From NCBI GenBank assembly GCA_963734545.1, contig CAVTHO010000007.1, forward strand, positions 256,001 through 320,000: DNA of 64,000 nucleotides, in the 5' to 3' direction. The position numbers and the translations under genes were made by a program. The notes under the pieces were generated by a model. That model had not been told where the DNA came from. It saw only the letters and a program-made list of their open reading frames with translations, and searched no databases. Origin of the DNA: an uncultured Spirochaetota bacterium (GTDB taxonomy: Bacteria > Spirochaetota > Spirochaetia > SZUA-6 > Fen-1364). This document shows positions 50,485-60,057 of this stretch, one piece after another (the stretch's first letter is position 1; each line of letters starts with the position of its first letter).

Positions 50485-51651
50485 ATGGCAAGGAACGAAA
50501 AGAAACCGATCATCAAGCTCCCCGTCAAGATCACGCTGACCTCCGAGGGGGTGGAGTGGTTCATCCGCAACAACAAGCAGCTCAAGCGGCTGCGCATGGC
50601 GGACAACCGCCTGGAGTACGGCATTTCTCTGGAAGAGTTTTCGGCCGCCTCCCTCCAGAAGATGATGAACATCGAATACATTTCTACCGTGGAGATCGCG
50701 CGCACCGAATTCGCCGACAAGCGGCGGGAGATCATCGACCTGAACAAGCTGATCGTCTACCGCATCCTCTACCGCTCGTTCGAGCGGGAGACCTACAAGC
50801 TCTTTCTCGATTCTCCCCTGATCAAGCGCTGGAATCGCGGCCACCCCACCAGGATCATCGATGAGAACTCCGTCTTCAACCGCAGCCAGCTGGAGAGCCT
50901 CTTCAACAGCTGCGCCCCGGACCTGCCCATGGTGTCGGAGGACATACAGAGCGGGCTGTTGAAGGAGCTGCAGGCGGATCCCCGCCTGAGCGCGGAAGAG
51001 AAGGAAGTCCTCGGGTTCCTCAGCGACAGATACGTGATCAGCATGCGCAACATCATGTGGTGCGTGCTGGCGAAGTCCCGCGGCGAGCCCGAGTACGTCG
51101 TCCTGGTGGCCAAGGTGGTCGGGCTGCTGCGCGGCTATCTGGAGAAGTCCAAGATCGCGGAGTACCTCTCCCTCATGGTCACGGAGCTGCTCACCTATGC
51201 CGAAGCCGTCCACGCGGTGGAAATTGCACGGAATCTCTTTCCGGAAATGCGCTCCCGGTCGGGGATCCTGCGCAACCCCAAGCTCCGCGAGGCCATCGTG
51301 CGCACCATGCGCGAACAGCAGGACTACCTCTATCTGACCTACCAGGTGAGCAGCAAGGTGCCTTCGTTCGGCACGGAGAACCGGCTGCGGATCGTCATCT
51401 TCAACCGCGCGCGCGAATACCAGAAGGTAAAGGAACAGATCGAAAACAAGGCAGGTCTCGACCTCAAGGAGAAAAGCCTCGTCGAGTTCTATCGCCGCAT
51501 ACCGCCGGAGGACATCGATACGGAGCTCGGGCTGTACTACCTTTCCTTCCTGCACGCCGAGTGCTCCCGCTGCAACGTGCACCTGGATTCGCGCGTGAGC
51601 GAGATCCCGGCGAGCGATCTGATCGTCATCAACCTGACTCTCCAGTTCTGA
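50485..51651 (+). CDS. Hypothetical protein with degenerate HATPase-like C-terminus
   Basis: Intact 388-aa ORF; LMVTELLTYAE and ELGLYYL resemble N and G2 boxes. Confidence 0.75.
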   Translation: MARNEKKPIIKLPVKITLTSEGVEWFIRNNKQLKRLRMADNRLEYGISLEEFSAASLQKMMNIEYISTVEIARTEFADKRREIIDLNKLIVYRILYRSFERETYKLFLDSPLIKRWNRGHPTRIIDENSVFNRSQLESLFNSCAPDLPMVSEDIQSGLLKELQADPRLSAEEKEVLGFLSDRYVISMRNIMWCVLAKSRGEPEYVVLVAKVVGLLRGYLEKSKIAEYLSLMVTELLTYAEAVHAVEIARNLFPEMRSRSGILRNPKLREAIVRTMREQQDYLYLTYQVSSKVPSFGTENRLRIVIFNRAREYQKVKEQIENKAGLDLKEKSLVEFYRRIPPEDIDTELGLYYLSFLHAECSRCNVHLDSRVSEIPASDLIVINLTLQF

Positions 51652-51664
51652 CTTCCCCTCACGC

Positions 51665-51693
51665 TTGACGACGGAGACGGGCTGAACTACTGT
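51665..51693 (+). promoter_or_regulatory. Sigma70 promoter of the ABC transporter
   Basis: TTGACG-N17-TACTGT. Confidence 0.55.
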
Positions 51694-51727
51694 AACCCTC
51701 GAAAGCTGACCGGAAAGGGGGAGATAC

Positions 51728-52642
51728 ATGATCAGAAGAATGGCTGTGGTGGCGCTCTCTTTGGCCGTGTGCGGGGTTGCCGTTTTTGCCGGTGGCAAGG
51801 CGGAAGCCGCTCTCGGCACGGAAGAACACCCCATCGTATGGGCGTTCGTGCCGTCAGGTGAGACGTCGAAGGTGTCCGCGGGCGCGCAAAGCGTGGCTGA
51901 CCTCCTGCATGCCAAGACCGGACTGTACTTCAAGACCCTCGTGGCCACGGAGTACGCGGGCGTCATCGAGGCGCTGCGGAGCAATCCGCCCACCGCGCAG
52001 ATGACCTCCCTGGCTACATTTGCATACGTGATGGCCGCCGACATGGGTGTGTCCAAGGCCGCGCTGATCTCGGTGAGGAACGGCAGCGCTTTCTACAATG
52101 GACAGATCATCACGAAGGCCGACTCAGGCATCAAGACGCTCGCCGACTTGAAGGGGAAGTCGTTCGCCCGGGTGGATGCCCTGTCCACCAGCGGATGGAT
52201 AATCCCCATGGTCACCCTGAAGGCGGCGGGGCTGGATCCTGAGCGGGACATCAAGGTCGTGGACGCCGGCAGCCACCCCGGTGTGGTATCCGCGGTGTAC
52301 AGCGGAGACGTGGACGCCGGAGCGTGCTTCGTCGACGCGCGGACCCTGATCCAGAAGGATCATCCGGATGTCATGGAGAAAGTCATAGTACTGCAAAAGT
52401 CCGCCAACATTCCCAACGACGGAGTCCAGTTTCATCCCTCCGTTGCCAAGGATCTGCAGGACAAGATCGTCGATGCGCTCCTTGAAATCGCTGCGACGGA
52501 TGAAGGAAAGAAGGCCATCAATACCGCGTATCAGTGGACGGCACTGGAGCGGCATGACGACACCTTCTACGATCCGTTCCGCCAGTTCCTGCAGGCGGCC
52601 GGAGTCAAGGCGGCGGACCTGCTCCCCAAGCCCAAGCAGTAG
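51728..52642 (+). CDS. phnD: Phosphate/phosphite/phosphonate ABC substrate-binding protein (PhnD-like)
   Basis: FVPS, YAGVIEAL, STSGWIIP, GSHPGV, IPND; spirochaete-type FAGGKAE signal. Confidence 0.88.
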   Translation: MIRRMAVVALSLAVCGVAVFAGGKAEAALGTEEHPIVWAFVPSGETSKVSAGAQSVADLLHAKTGLYFKTLVATEYAGVIEALRSNPPTAQMTSLATFAYVMAADMGVSKAALISVRNGSAFYNGQIITKADSGIKTLADLKGKSFARVDALSTSGWIIPMVTLKAAGLDPERDIKVVDAGSHPGVVSAVYSGDVDAGACFVDARTLIQKDHPDVMEKVIVLQKSANIPNDGVQFHPSVAKDLQDKIVDALLEIAATDEGKKAINTAYQWTALERHDDTFYDPFRQFLQAAGVKAADLLPKPKQ

Positions 52643-52669
52643 CCCTTCCGCGGCATACTGCGGAGTTGC

Positions 52670-52694
52670 GGGGGGACGGAAACGTCCCCCCTTT
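52670..52694 (+). terminator. Intercistronic stem-loop after the binding-protein gene
   Basis: GGGGGGACG-GAAA-CGTCCCCCC-TTT. Confidence 0.65.
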
Positions 52695-52712
52695 GCCGGC
52701 GCGGGGGAATGA

Positions 52713-53495
52713 ATGCTTGAAGTCAGGAATCTGACAAAGGTGTACCGGGATGGCACCGTGGCGCTGCGTGACGTGAGCTTCACGGTGCAGCCGGGGGACT
52801 TCCTCGTCATCATCGGTCTGAGCGGATCGGGAAAGTCCACGCTCCTGCGGTGCATCAATCGTCTCATCGACCCGACCGAGGGGCAGATCCTGTGGGACGG
52901 CGTGGACATCACGGCCGCTTCCGCGGAAGACCTGCGCGTGATCCGCCGGCAGATCGGAATGGTTTTCCAGCAGTTCAATCTCGTGAAACGATCGAGCGTT
53001 CTTACCAACGTGCTGACCGGCAGGCTGGGCTACGTGCGCCCGGGCTCCAGCCTGTTCTATCGCTTTCCGGCGCGCGACCGGGAGCTCGCGTGGAAAGCCC
53101 TTCAGCGGGTCGGGATCACCGACCAGGCGCGCAAGCAGGCGAGGGAGCTTTCCGGCGGCCAGCAGCAGCGCGTCGGAATCGCCCGGGCGCTCGTGCAGCA
53201 GCCGCGCATGCTCCTGGCGGACGAGCCCGTTGCGAGTCTCGACCCGGTCCTGGCGCATTCCATTCTGGGCTATCTCGAGCAGTTGAACCAGGAGGACGGC
53301 ATCACCGTTCTCTGCAGCCTGCACTACCTCGACCTGGTGCAGCGGTATGCGACGAACGTGATCGGCTTGCGGGGGGGGACGGTCGTCTACCGGGGGACCG
53401 GAGAAGACATCCGCACCATGTCCGATGCGCAGTTCAAAGAGATCTACGGAGAAGAGGCGGTGCGGGTGAACGCGGGCCGCCCGGCGCGAAGATGA
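52713..53495 (+). CDS. phnC: Phosphonate ABC ATP-binding protein
   Basis: GLSGSGKST, FQQFNLV, LSGGQQQRV, ADEPVASLDP. Confidence 0.92.
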   Translation: MLEVRNLTKVYRDGTVALRDVSFTVQPGDFLVIIGLSGSGKSTLLRCINRLIDPTEGQILWDGVDITAASAEDLRVIRRQIGMVFQQFNLVKRSSVLTNVLTGRLGYVRPGSSLFYRFPARDRELAWKALQRVGITDQARKQARELSGGQQQRVGIARALVQQPRMLLADEPVASLDPVLAHSILGYLEQLNQEDGITVLCSLHYLDLVQRYATNVIGLRGGTVVYRGTGEDIRTMSDAQFKEIYGEEAVRVNAGRPARR

Positions 53496-53501
53496 GAAGC
53501 C

Positions 53502-55014
53502 ATGGCCTCAGATAGCAGCGAAGATCGACCCTCCCGCGTCCCCCCGGCAGCCGCCGTTGCCGCTTCGATCCTCGTCCCGGGCGCGGGGCAGGTCCTCACC
53601 ATGCGCGTGCGCAGGGGACTCCTTCTCTTCGCGTCCATGGTTTCCCTGGTCGGCATGCTGATCTGGCGCGTGAAGCTCCTCGCACCCCTCGAACCGACCG
53701 TGTGGGGGATGCTGGGCAAGGCGCTGGGCAGGAGGCCGGGGTTCGTCGCGCTGGTTTTGGTCTCGATACTCGTCATCTGGGTGCTGAACGCCTTCGATGC
53801 CGGGCGGACGGGACCACGCCGGCAATCAGGCGGGTTCGGCATCTTCGCGCTCGTGCTCGGTGCGTTCTTCATCCTGGGATGGCAGCTCAGCGAGATCGAC
53901 ATTCCGAAAATGGTGCAGAAGTTCCCCGAGGCCACCAAGCCATTCGGCAAGGTTATCTGGCCGTGGCAGGCGGCAGTGACGCGGGACCCTGTCCTCCTCA
54001 CGGCAGAGGCTGAGATCCAGGTGCCGCGCGGTGCCGCTCCCCCGGCGGCCGTCCCCGAGGAACCGGGCAGGCCGTACCTGGCTGCGGAGCCGAACTACGG
54101 GGACCTCTCCAGCATGGATGCGAACAACCAGATCATTCCCGGCAGCCGCATCCGGTTCGACCGGACGCGGATTCCTGCCGGGAGCGGAAACCCAGATCTG
54201 GTGGAGGGACCCCCTTCGCAACGAGTTCCAGATCCGCCAGGCCGGCGCCTACCTGAGCGTGAAGACCGATTCTCACGGGTCCTTCACCCTGGAGATCTCG
54301 ATGCCGTACCGGACGTCTCCCCTGAAAGAATCGGGATCGGAGACGCACTGGGTGGAAGCGAGGCAGATCTCCGCAATGGGAAAGCTGCGGGCAAGCGAGG
54401 CGCTTCTGCTCACCCTCGAGCGGATGGTGGAAACGATCTTCATGGGCATGATGGCCACATTCTTCGGCATCATCCTCTCCATTCCGGTGAGCTTTCTTGC
54501 CGCCCGCAATATCATGTCCGCCTCGAAGGTCACCCTCGCGATCTACTACCTCACGCGCTCCGTTCTGAACATCATCCGTTCCATCGAGCCATTGATCTGG
54601 GCCCTCATTGCCGTTGTCTGGGTGGGGTTAGGGCCGTTTGCCGGTATCATCGCCCTGACGGTGCATTCGGTGGCCTCGCTGGGCAAGCTGTACTCGGAGG
54701 CGATCGAAAGCATCGATTCGGGCCCCATCGAGGCCATCCAGGCCACCGGCGCCACCCGGTTTCAGACGATCATGTTCGCCGTGGTGCCCCAGATGATCGC
54801 CCCCTTCGTGAGCTTCTCGATCTATCGGTGGGACATCAACGTGCGGATGTCCACGGTAATCGGTCTCGTCGGAGGGGGAGGGGTCGGCTTCATCCTGATT
54901 CAATATATCCGCCTGCTCGATTACCAGGCTGCCGGTATTGCCGTGTGGTTCATCGCGGTCACCGTGGCGGTGCTGGACTACGTGAGCTCGGAAATCAGAC
55001 AGCGCTTCGTCTAG
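53502..55014 (+). CDS. phnE: Phosphonate ABC permease with N-terminal extension (frameshift ~54160)
   Basis: ETIFMG, RSIEPLIWAL, LGKLYSEAIE, WDINVRMSTVIGLVGGGG. Confidence 0.9.
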
Positions 55015-55066
55015 GCCGGCTCCAGCTGCTCTTTACAGATCGAACGCCGCTCAGATACTATGCGGC

Positions 55067-56674
55067 ATGCGGGCAGGATCGATCACCGCGGTGCCTCGCA
55101 CGTTCCGGAATATGCTCTCTGCAGGGATCCTCGCTGCCGCCGTAGGATTCGCCCTCTGGTACGCCAGCACCCACAGCTACCTGCTTTTTCACAGCATCAC
55201 CGAGATATTCAGCATCGTGATAGCGGCCAGCGTGTTCATGATTTCCTGGAACTCGCGCGCCTATCCCGAGGCGCGGCCGTTCGTCATCCTCGGAATCGGG
55301 TTTCTCTTCGTCGCCGTCATCGACCTGTTCCATACCCTTTCGTACCGGGGAATGGGGGTACTCCCGACTGGGCAGGATTATGCCACGAAGCTGTGGGTGG
55401 CCGGCAGGGCAGTGCAGGTGGCGGCAACCGTCGCGTTCGCCCTTCTGCTGAGGCTGCGGCGCACGGTCCCCTCGGCAATGCTTTTTTGTTCTTTTGCCGT
55501 CATGACTACTGTCCTGTTGCTGTCGATTTTCGTGTGGGACGTGTTCCCTCTCTGCCTGGTCGAAGGCCGGGGGGTCACGCCATTCAAGGTAGCGAGCGAA
55601 TATGTCCTCTGCGCATTCCTTGCAGTGGCGATTGCCCTTGTGACAGGGGAGCGCGAAACTCTCGCCCCGCGGGTGCGCACGCTCCTTGTCCTGTCCTTCT
55701 CTGCCACCATCCTCAGCGAGATGGCGTTCACGCTGTATACCAGTGCCTATGGGACCCAGAACCTGATCGGGCACTATCTCAAGATCGCCGCCTGCGTTTT
55801 CGCCTACCAGGCGCTTTTTTCTGCCGAGGTGCGCAAGCGAATCGCGGTCATCGAGGCGCTCGAGAGGGCGAACGAAGCGCTGGCAAGGACGGAGCGGGAG
55901 CTCCGGAAGGCGAATGCATCCAAGGACAAGTTTTTTTCGATTATCGCCCACGACCTCAGAAATCCCATCGGGGGGCTGCTGACACTCTCCGAGCTGCTGG
56001 CGAAGAAGTTCGATGCCATGGAACCGCAGAAGGTCCGCGAGTTCTGCAGGTTGATCTACGACGGCACCCGGCAGGGATCCGAGCTCCTGGAGAGTCTCCT
56101 CCAGTGGGCGCGTGCGCAGACCGGGCGGATCGAATGCGAGCCGAGGCTGCTCTGCCTTTCCGCGCTCTGCCGGGAGAGCGTGGCGCTCGTCTTTGCCCAG
56201 GCGCAGCAGAAGGAAATCCGGCTCCTGTGTGATGTCTCGGATGAGGTGAAAGCGTTCGCGGATGAGAACATGGTCTTCACGATCCTGCGCAATCTTCTTT
56301 CAAACGCCGTCAAGTTCACTGCCCGCGGCGGGTGCATCGGGATTTCGGCCGGGGCCGTCGGGGAGTGCGTGGAGCTTTCCGTGGCCGACACGGGCGTGGG
56401 GATGGGTCCGGAAGACCTGGAAAAGCTCTTCAGAATTGACGTGCATTTCACCTGCAAGGGCACGGCCAATGAGCACGGGAACGGGCTCGGTCTGATTGTC
56501 TGCAGTGAGTTTGCCGAGCGGAATCGCGGGTCGATCAGCGTGAAGAGCAGGCCGGGCGAGGGAACGACATTCACGCTCCGTCTGCCGCGGGCAGCTCAAC
56601 CCATGTCGAGCGGCGGCGGCGGCGCGCCTCCCTCCCAGACTCCTTCCAGGCTCGGGTCGAACGGCTTGCCGTAG
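55067..56674 (+). CDS. MASE3-domain sensor histidine kinase
   Basis: YLLFHSITEIFSIVIA..HTLSY.GM (MASE3); IIAHDLRNP, NLLSNAVKF, DTGVG, GLGL. Confidence 0.93.
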   Translation: MRAGSITAVPRTFRNMLSAGILAAAVGFALWYASTHSYLLFHSITEIFSIVIAASVFMISWNSRAYPEARPFVILGIGFLFVAVIDLFHTLSYRGMGVLPTGQDYATKLWVAGRAVQVAATVAFALLLRLRRTVPSAMLFCSFAVMTTVLLLSIFVWDVFPLCLVEGRGVTPFKVASEYVLCAFLAVAIALVTGERETLAPRVRTLLVLSFSATILSEMAFTLYTSAYGTQNLIGHYLKIAACVFAYQALFSAEVRKRIAVIEALERANEALARTERELRKANASKDKFFSIIAHDLRNPIGGLLTLSELLAKKFDAMEPQKVREFCRLIYDGTRQGSELLESLLQWARAQTGRIECEPRLLCLSALCRESVALVFAQAQQKEIRLLCDVSDEVKAFADENMVFTILRNLLSNAVKFTARGGCIGISAGAVGECVELSVADTGVGMGPEDLEKLFRIDVHFTCKGTANEHGNGLGLIVCSEFAERNRGSISVKSRPGEGTTFTLRLPRAAQPMSSGGGGAPPSQTPSRLGSNGLP

Positions 56675-57857
56675 AGGAACCGGAAGAGCACCTTGAAGTC
56701 CTCCTGATCGATCCGCAGGAAAAGCACCCCGAAGTATGCGTTCTCCGCGTCCTTGAACTTCCGCATGATCCGCGACCCGATCAGCATCGTCCTTTTCTCC
56801 AGCTTCACGGTCAGCTCCAGGTCGGTATGCACGATGAGATCCCGGATGAGGTCCGGGGAAGTGTGGGCAAACAGGAGCCCGGAAGCGCTCATGTCGATGA
56901 TCGGGGCCTCGTAGCGGCGCTCGGTGCTGCGCTCGACCTTGAAGTACCCGTTCGTGACGAGCGAATAGCAGAGCGTCCGGGCGAACTCCTGCACGTACTC
57001 GAATATGTCACGGGAGAGGCGTTCCCTGCGGGCCCCCGTGTTCCAGACGTGCACGTAGCCCACCACGTATTCGTTGTACAGCACCGGGCACCAGAGCTCC
57101 GACACGATGTCCTGCTTGGTCTTCTCATAAAGGATGTTCCCGAGCTTGCTGGTGATGACGTGTGCCTGCGCGCCGGCCTCCTCCTCCAGCTTGATCAGGT
57201 CCGATTTCGTGATGACCCTCTCGTCGGGGAAGGGGTCCCGGCTGGGAAAGTCCTCCGCGGTGGAGGGAATCCAGAGAGCACTTGCCGAGACGCACGATGA
57301 TCTTCTCCTCCCACGTGCGGGGCATTCTGTCGCGCATCATCACGATCTTGCTGTCGGAGACCAGGGATTCCATCCGGGTGCGGAAAGTCTGGACGACTTC
57401 TTCGATACGCTTCGGATCGAAAGCAGTCGATTCTTCCGGCGGCTCCACGGGGTTGAACCGGTCGGACTTTGGAAAATTCAATTCCACTTTTGTGCCGTGG
57501 AGGCTGAAAGAGACGTCCATGCCGCCCGCGACCCTGACCCGCTCGAACTTGCGCTGCAGGTTCTTGTACACTCCGGGCGGCTGGTCCACGATCATCTTCT
57601 CCCCGGCTGACCTCCTGCACGCGGGAGACGAAGGTATGATAGTTGTTCTTCAGATAGAAGAAGACACGGATTTCCTCTCCGGGCTCGAACCCCTCCAACT
57701 TCCCCTCGAGCGGAGACATGATCAGCCCCTTGTCACTGATTCCCGCGAAAAGGCACGTGAGCTCCTTTCTGCTTCCGTGAATATCGCAGGGTATGTTCTC
57801 GTCCACGAGGGTTTTGAACACGAACTCCTTTTCGATCCGCCCGACTTCCGTTCCCAT
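56596..57857 (-). CDS. PilZ-domain protein, YcgR-like with GAF-like insert (about 3 frameshifts)
   Basis: N-terminal PilZN-like region, KNLQRKFER (RxxxR), SELWCPVL..VVGYVHV, IDMSASG (DxSxxG). Confidence 0.8.
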
Positions 57858-57862
57858 CGATC

Positions 57863-58620
57863 TCACTCCTCCAGAAGCCAGCGATACGCAGAAGGGAAGT
57901 ACTTCTCCTTGGATTTCTCTCGTTTCACCGCCAATTGCGCAAGGCTGAGCTGCAGGTCCGACACGAGCCACTTTTTGCCCGCGCGCGCCATGTAGATCTC
58001 TCCTTCCGCGCTTCCCTCCGCGCCGAACAGCCGCACATTGGCCGCGATCTCTCCGTCGTCCTGCATCTTGGGCGTGCCCAGGCGGAAGGAGCGGGGAGCG
58101 TAGCCCTGCTTCAGCCCGTCTGTCAGCGTGTCGAGCACGGTCTTTTCCGATTCTGCGGCCAGGAGCGCGCGGTCGGGCTTGCCCGGCCACGAGACCCGCA
58201 AGGAAGGTTTCGGCAGTGGAAGCCGCGTCGTTCTCATCCTGGTTCTCCGCGCGGTCATCACCCAGGGGGCCGATCTTGAAATCCTCCGGCAGCGCGCGTG
58301 TCTGTCGGCCCAGTGCCATGAGTGTGGTCACGTTGGCAAGCGGCCGCGTACGAGCGAGCAGAGGTTCTGCCTGCTGGTCCGGGGCCAGGGTGATCGATCG
58401 AGCCGGACCGGGAGCGGGCTTCGGGTGCGCGGGCTCAGTTTTCGGCGCCTGCTCGGGGCCGGGCGGCCGGACCAGCGGAGGGGGCGCTTGCGCGAGCGCG
58501 GCCGGCTCGGCCGGGCTGCTGGACGGGCGCGGGAGGAGTGCCCTGCCGCGTGCTCTTGTGGCAGGCGAGAACCGTGAGAAAGATCAACAGAATTGCCGGG
58601 AAGAGCAGCCGCGTTCTCAT
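57863..58620 (-). CDS. Hypothetical lipoprotein (apparent frameshifts)
   Basis: MRTRLLFPAILLIFLTVLAC lipobox, Pro/Ala linker, C-terminal GEIYM..WLVSD. Confidence 0.7.
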
Positions 58621-58766
58621 GACTCCTTGTATCATTCTCGGGAGAAATCGTCAAACAGCCGGGGAGTGCAGGCAGGGGCCGGGGGCTGCCGATCGGCCTT
58701 GCGGGTACGCCGTCCATGGCCCCTTTACACTGCCGCGTCCCGCCTTTTACTGTAGGGAGAATCTCA

Positions 58767-60057
58767 ATGGGTGAAAAAGAGCGCATCCTCGACCACCTGG
58801 AAAACGACTATACCGAGCCCATCCGGGACCCGGTCTGGAAGCACATCTACGTGTCCCGGCCTCTCCTGCGCATCCTGGAGCTCGAGCAGTTCCAGAAGCT
58901 GGATCGCATTCGCCAGCTCGGCCCGGCGTATCTTGTCTACCCCGGGGCCACGCACACGCGCCGGTCTCACAGCCTGGGCGTCTTTCACCTGGCGCGGCGC
59001 ATGATCACCACGCTCGTGCGGAAGAACCGTGTCGTCGATATCACCCTGGAAGGTGTGAAGTCGTTCCTCTGCGCGGCGCTTCTGCACGATATCGGCCATT
59101 ACCCCTTTGCCCATTCCCTCAAGGACCTCGAGGTGGAAGCGCACGAGGCGCTTGCTGCGCGCCAGATCCTGTCCGACTTTTCCGCGGCCATCCGCGCGCA
59201 CCTGCGTATCGAGCCGGAAGCGGTCGCTTCCATCATCGACCACCGGACGTCCTACCGCGGCGCGGAGAACGTCGCGTTCTACTGGAAGCTCCTCTCGGGC
59301 GTGCTGGATCCTGACAAGCTCGACTACCTCAACCGGGATGCATTTTTCTGCGGAGTTCCCTACGGAATACAGGACGTGGATTTCATCCTGGAGGAAGTCT
59401 ACCCGCACGTGGAAAACGGCGTGGCGATAAGCCCCAAGGGGATCACGGCGCTGGAGAACATCCTGTTTTCGAAGTACCTGATGTACAAGACCGTCTACTG
59501 GCACAAGACGGTGCGAATCGCGACCGCCATGATCAAGAAGGCAATCGGCATGGCGCTGGCGGAGGGCGCCATCAGGAGGCAGGATCTGTACGGGCTGGAT
59601 GATGAGGAGTTCTTCGCTCGTTTTTCGACTCGCCGCATCCCCGGCGCGCAGCTCATCGAGGACACGCGGAACCGTGTCCTTCACAAGCAGGTGCTGAGAC
59701 TGCCCTTCAAGGACGGGAATGCCGCGCACCGCCGGCTCGAGGATGTCAATGCCCGGCTCGCGCTCGAGCAGGAGATAGCGGCGGAGGCGGGGAGGGCGCT
59801 GGGCAGAACGGTGATGCCCGACTGCATCGTCGTCGACATTCCCGAGCGCATCTCCTTCGAGCTGAGCATTCCCGTAATCGATCCGGGCGTCCGAGTCGGA
59901 GGAGACGGATGCGGGAGATACCTCGTACGTGTTCAACCGGATGGGGCACGAGGACTTTCCCCGGTCGCTTCGCACGATAACGGTAAGCGCGCGTCGGGAC
60001 CCGGACCTGCTGGAAGCGCTGGCAAAGCTCGACCTCGCGCGTCGATTCGCGCCATGA
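58767..60057 (+). CDS. HD-domain phosphohydrolase (SAMHD1/dGTPase-like) (frameshift ~59887)
   Basis: IRDPVW, IRQLG..VYPGATHTR..HSLG, LLHDIGHYPFAH, LDPDKLDYL.RD, VYWHK. Confidence 0.9.
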
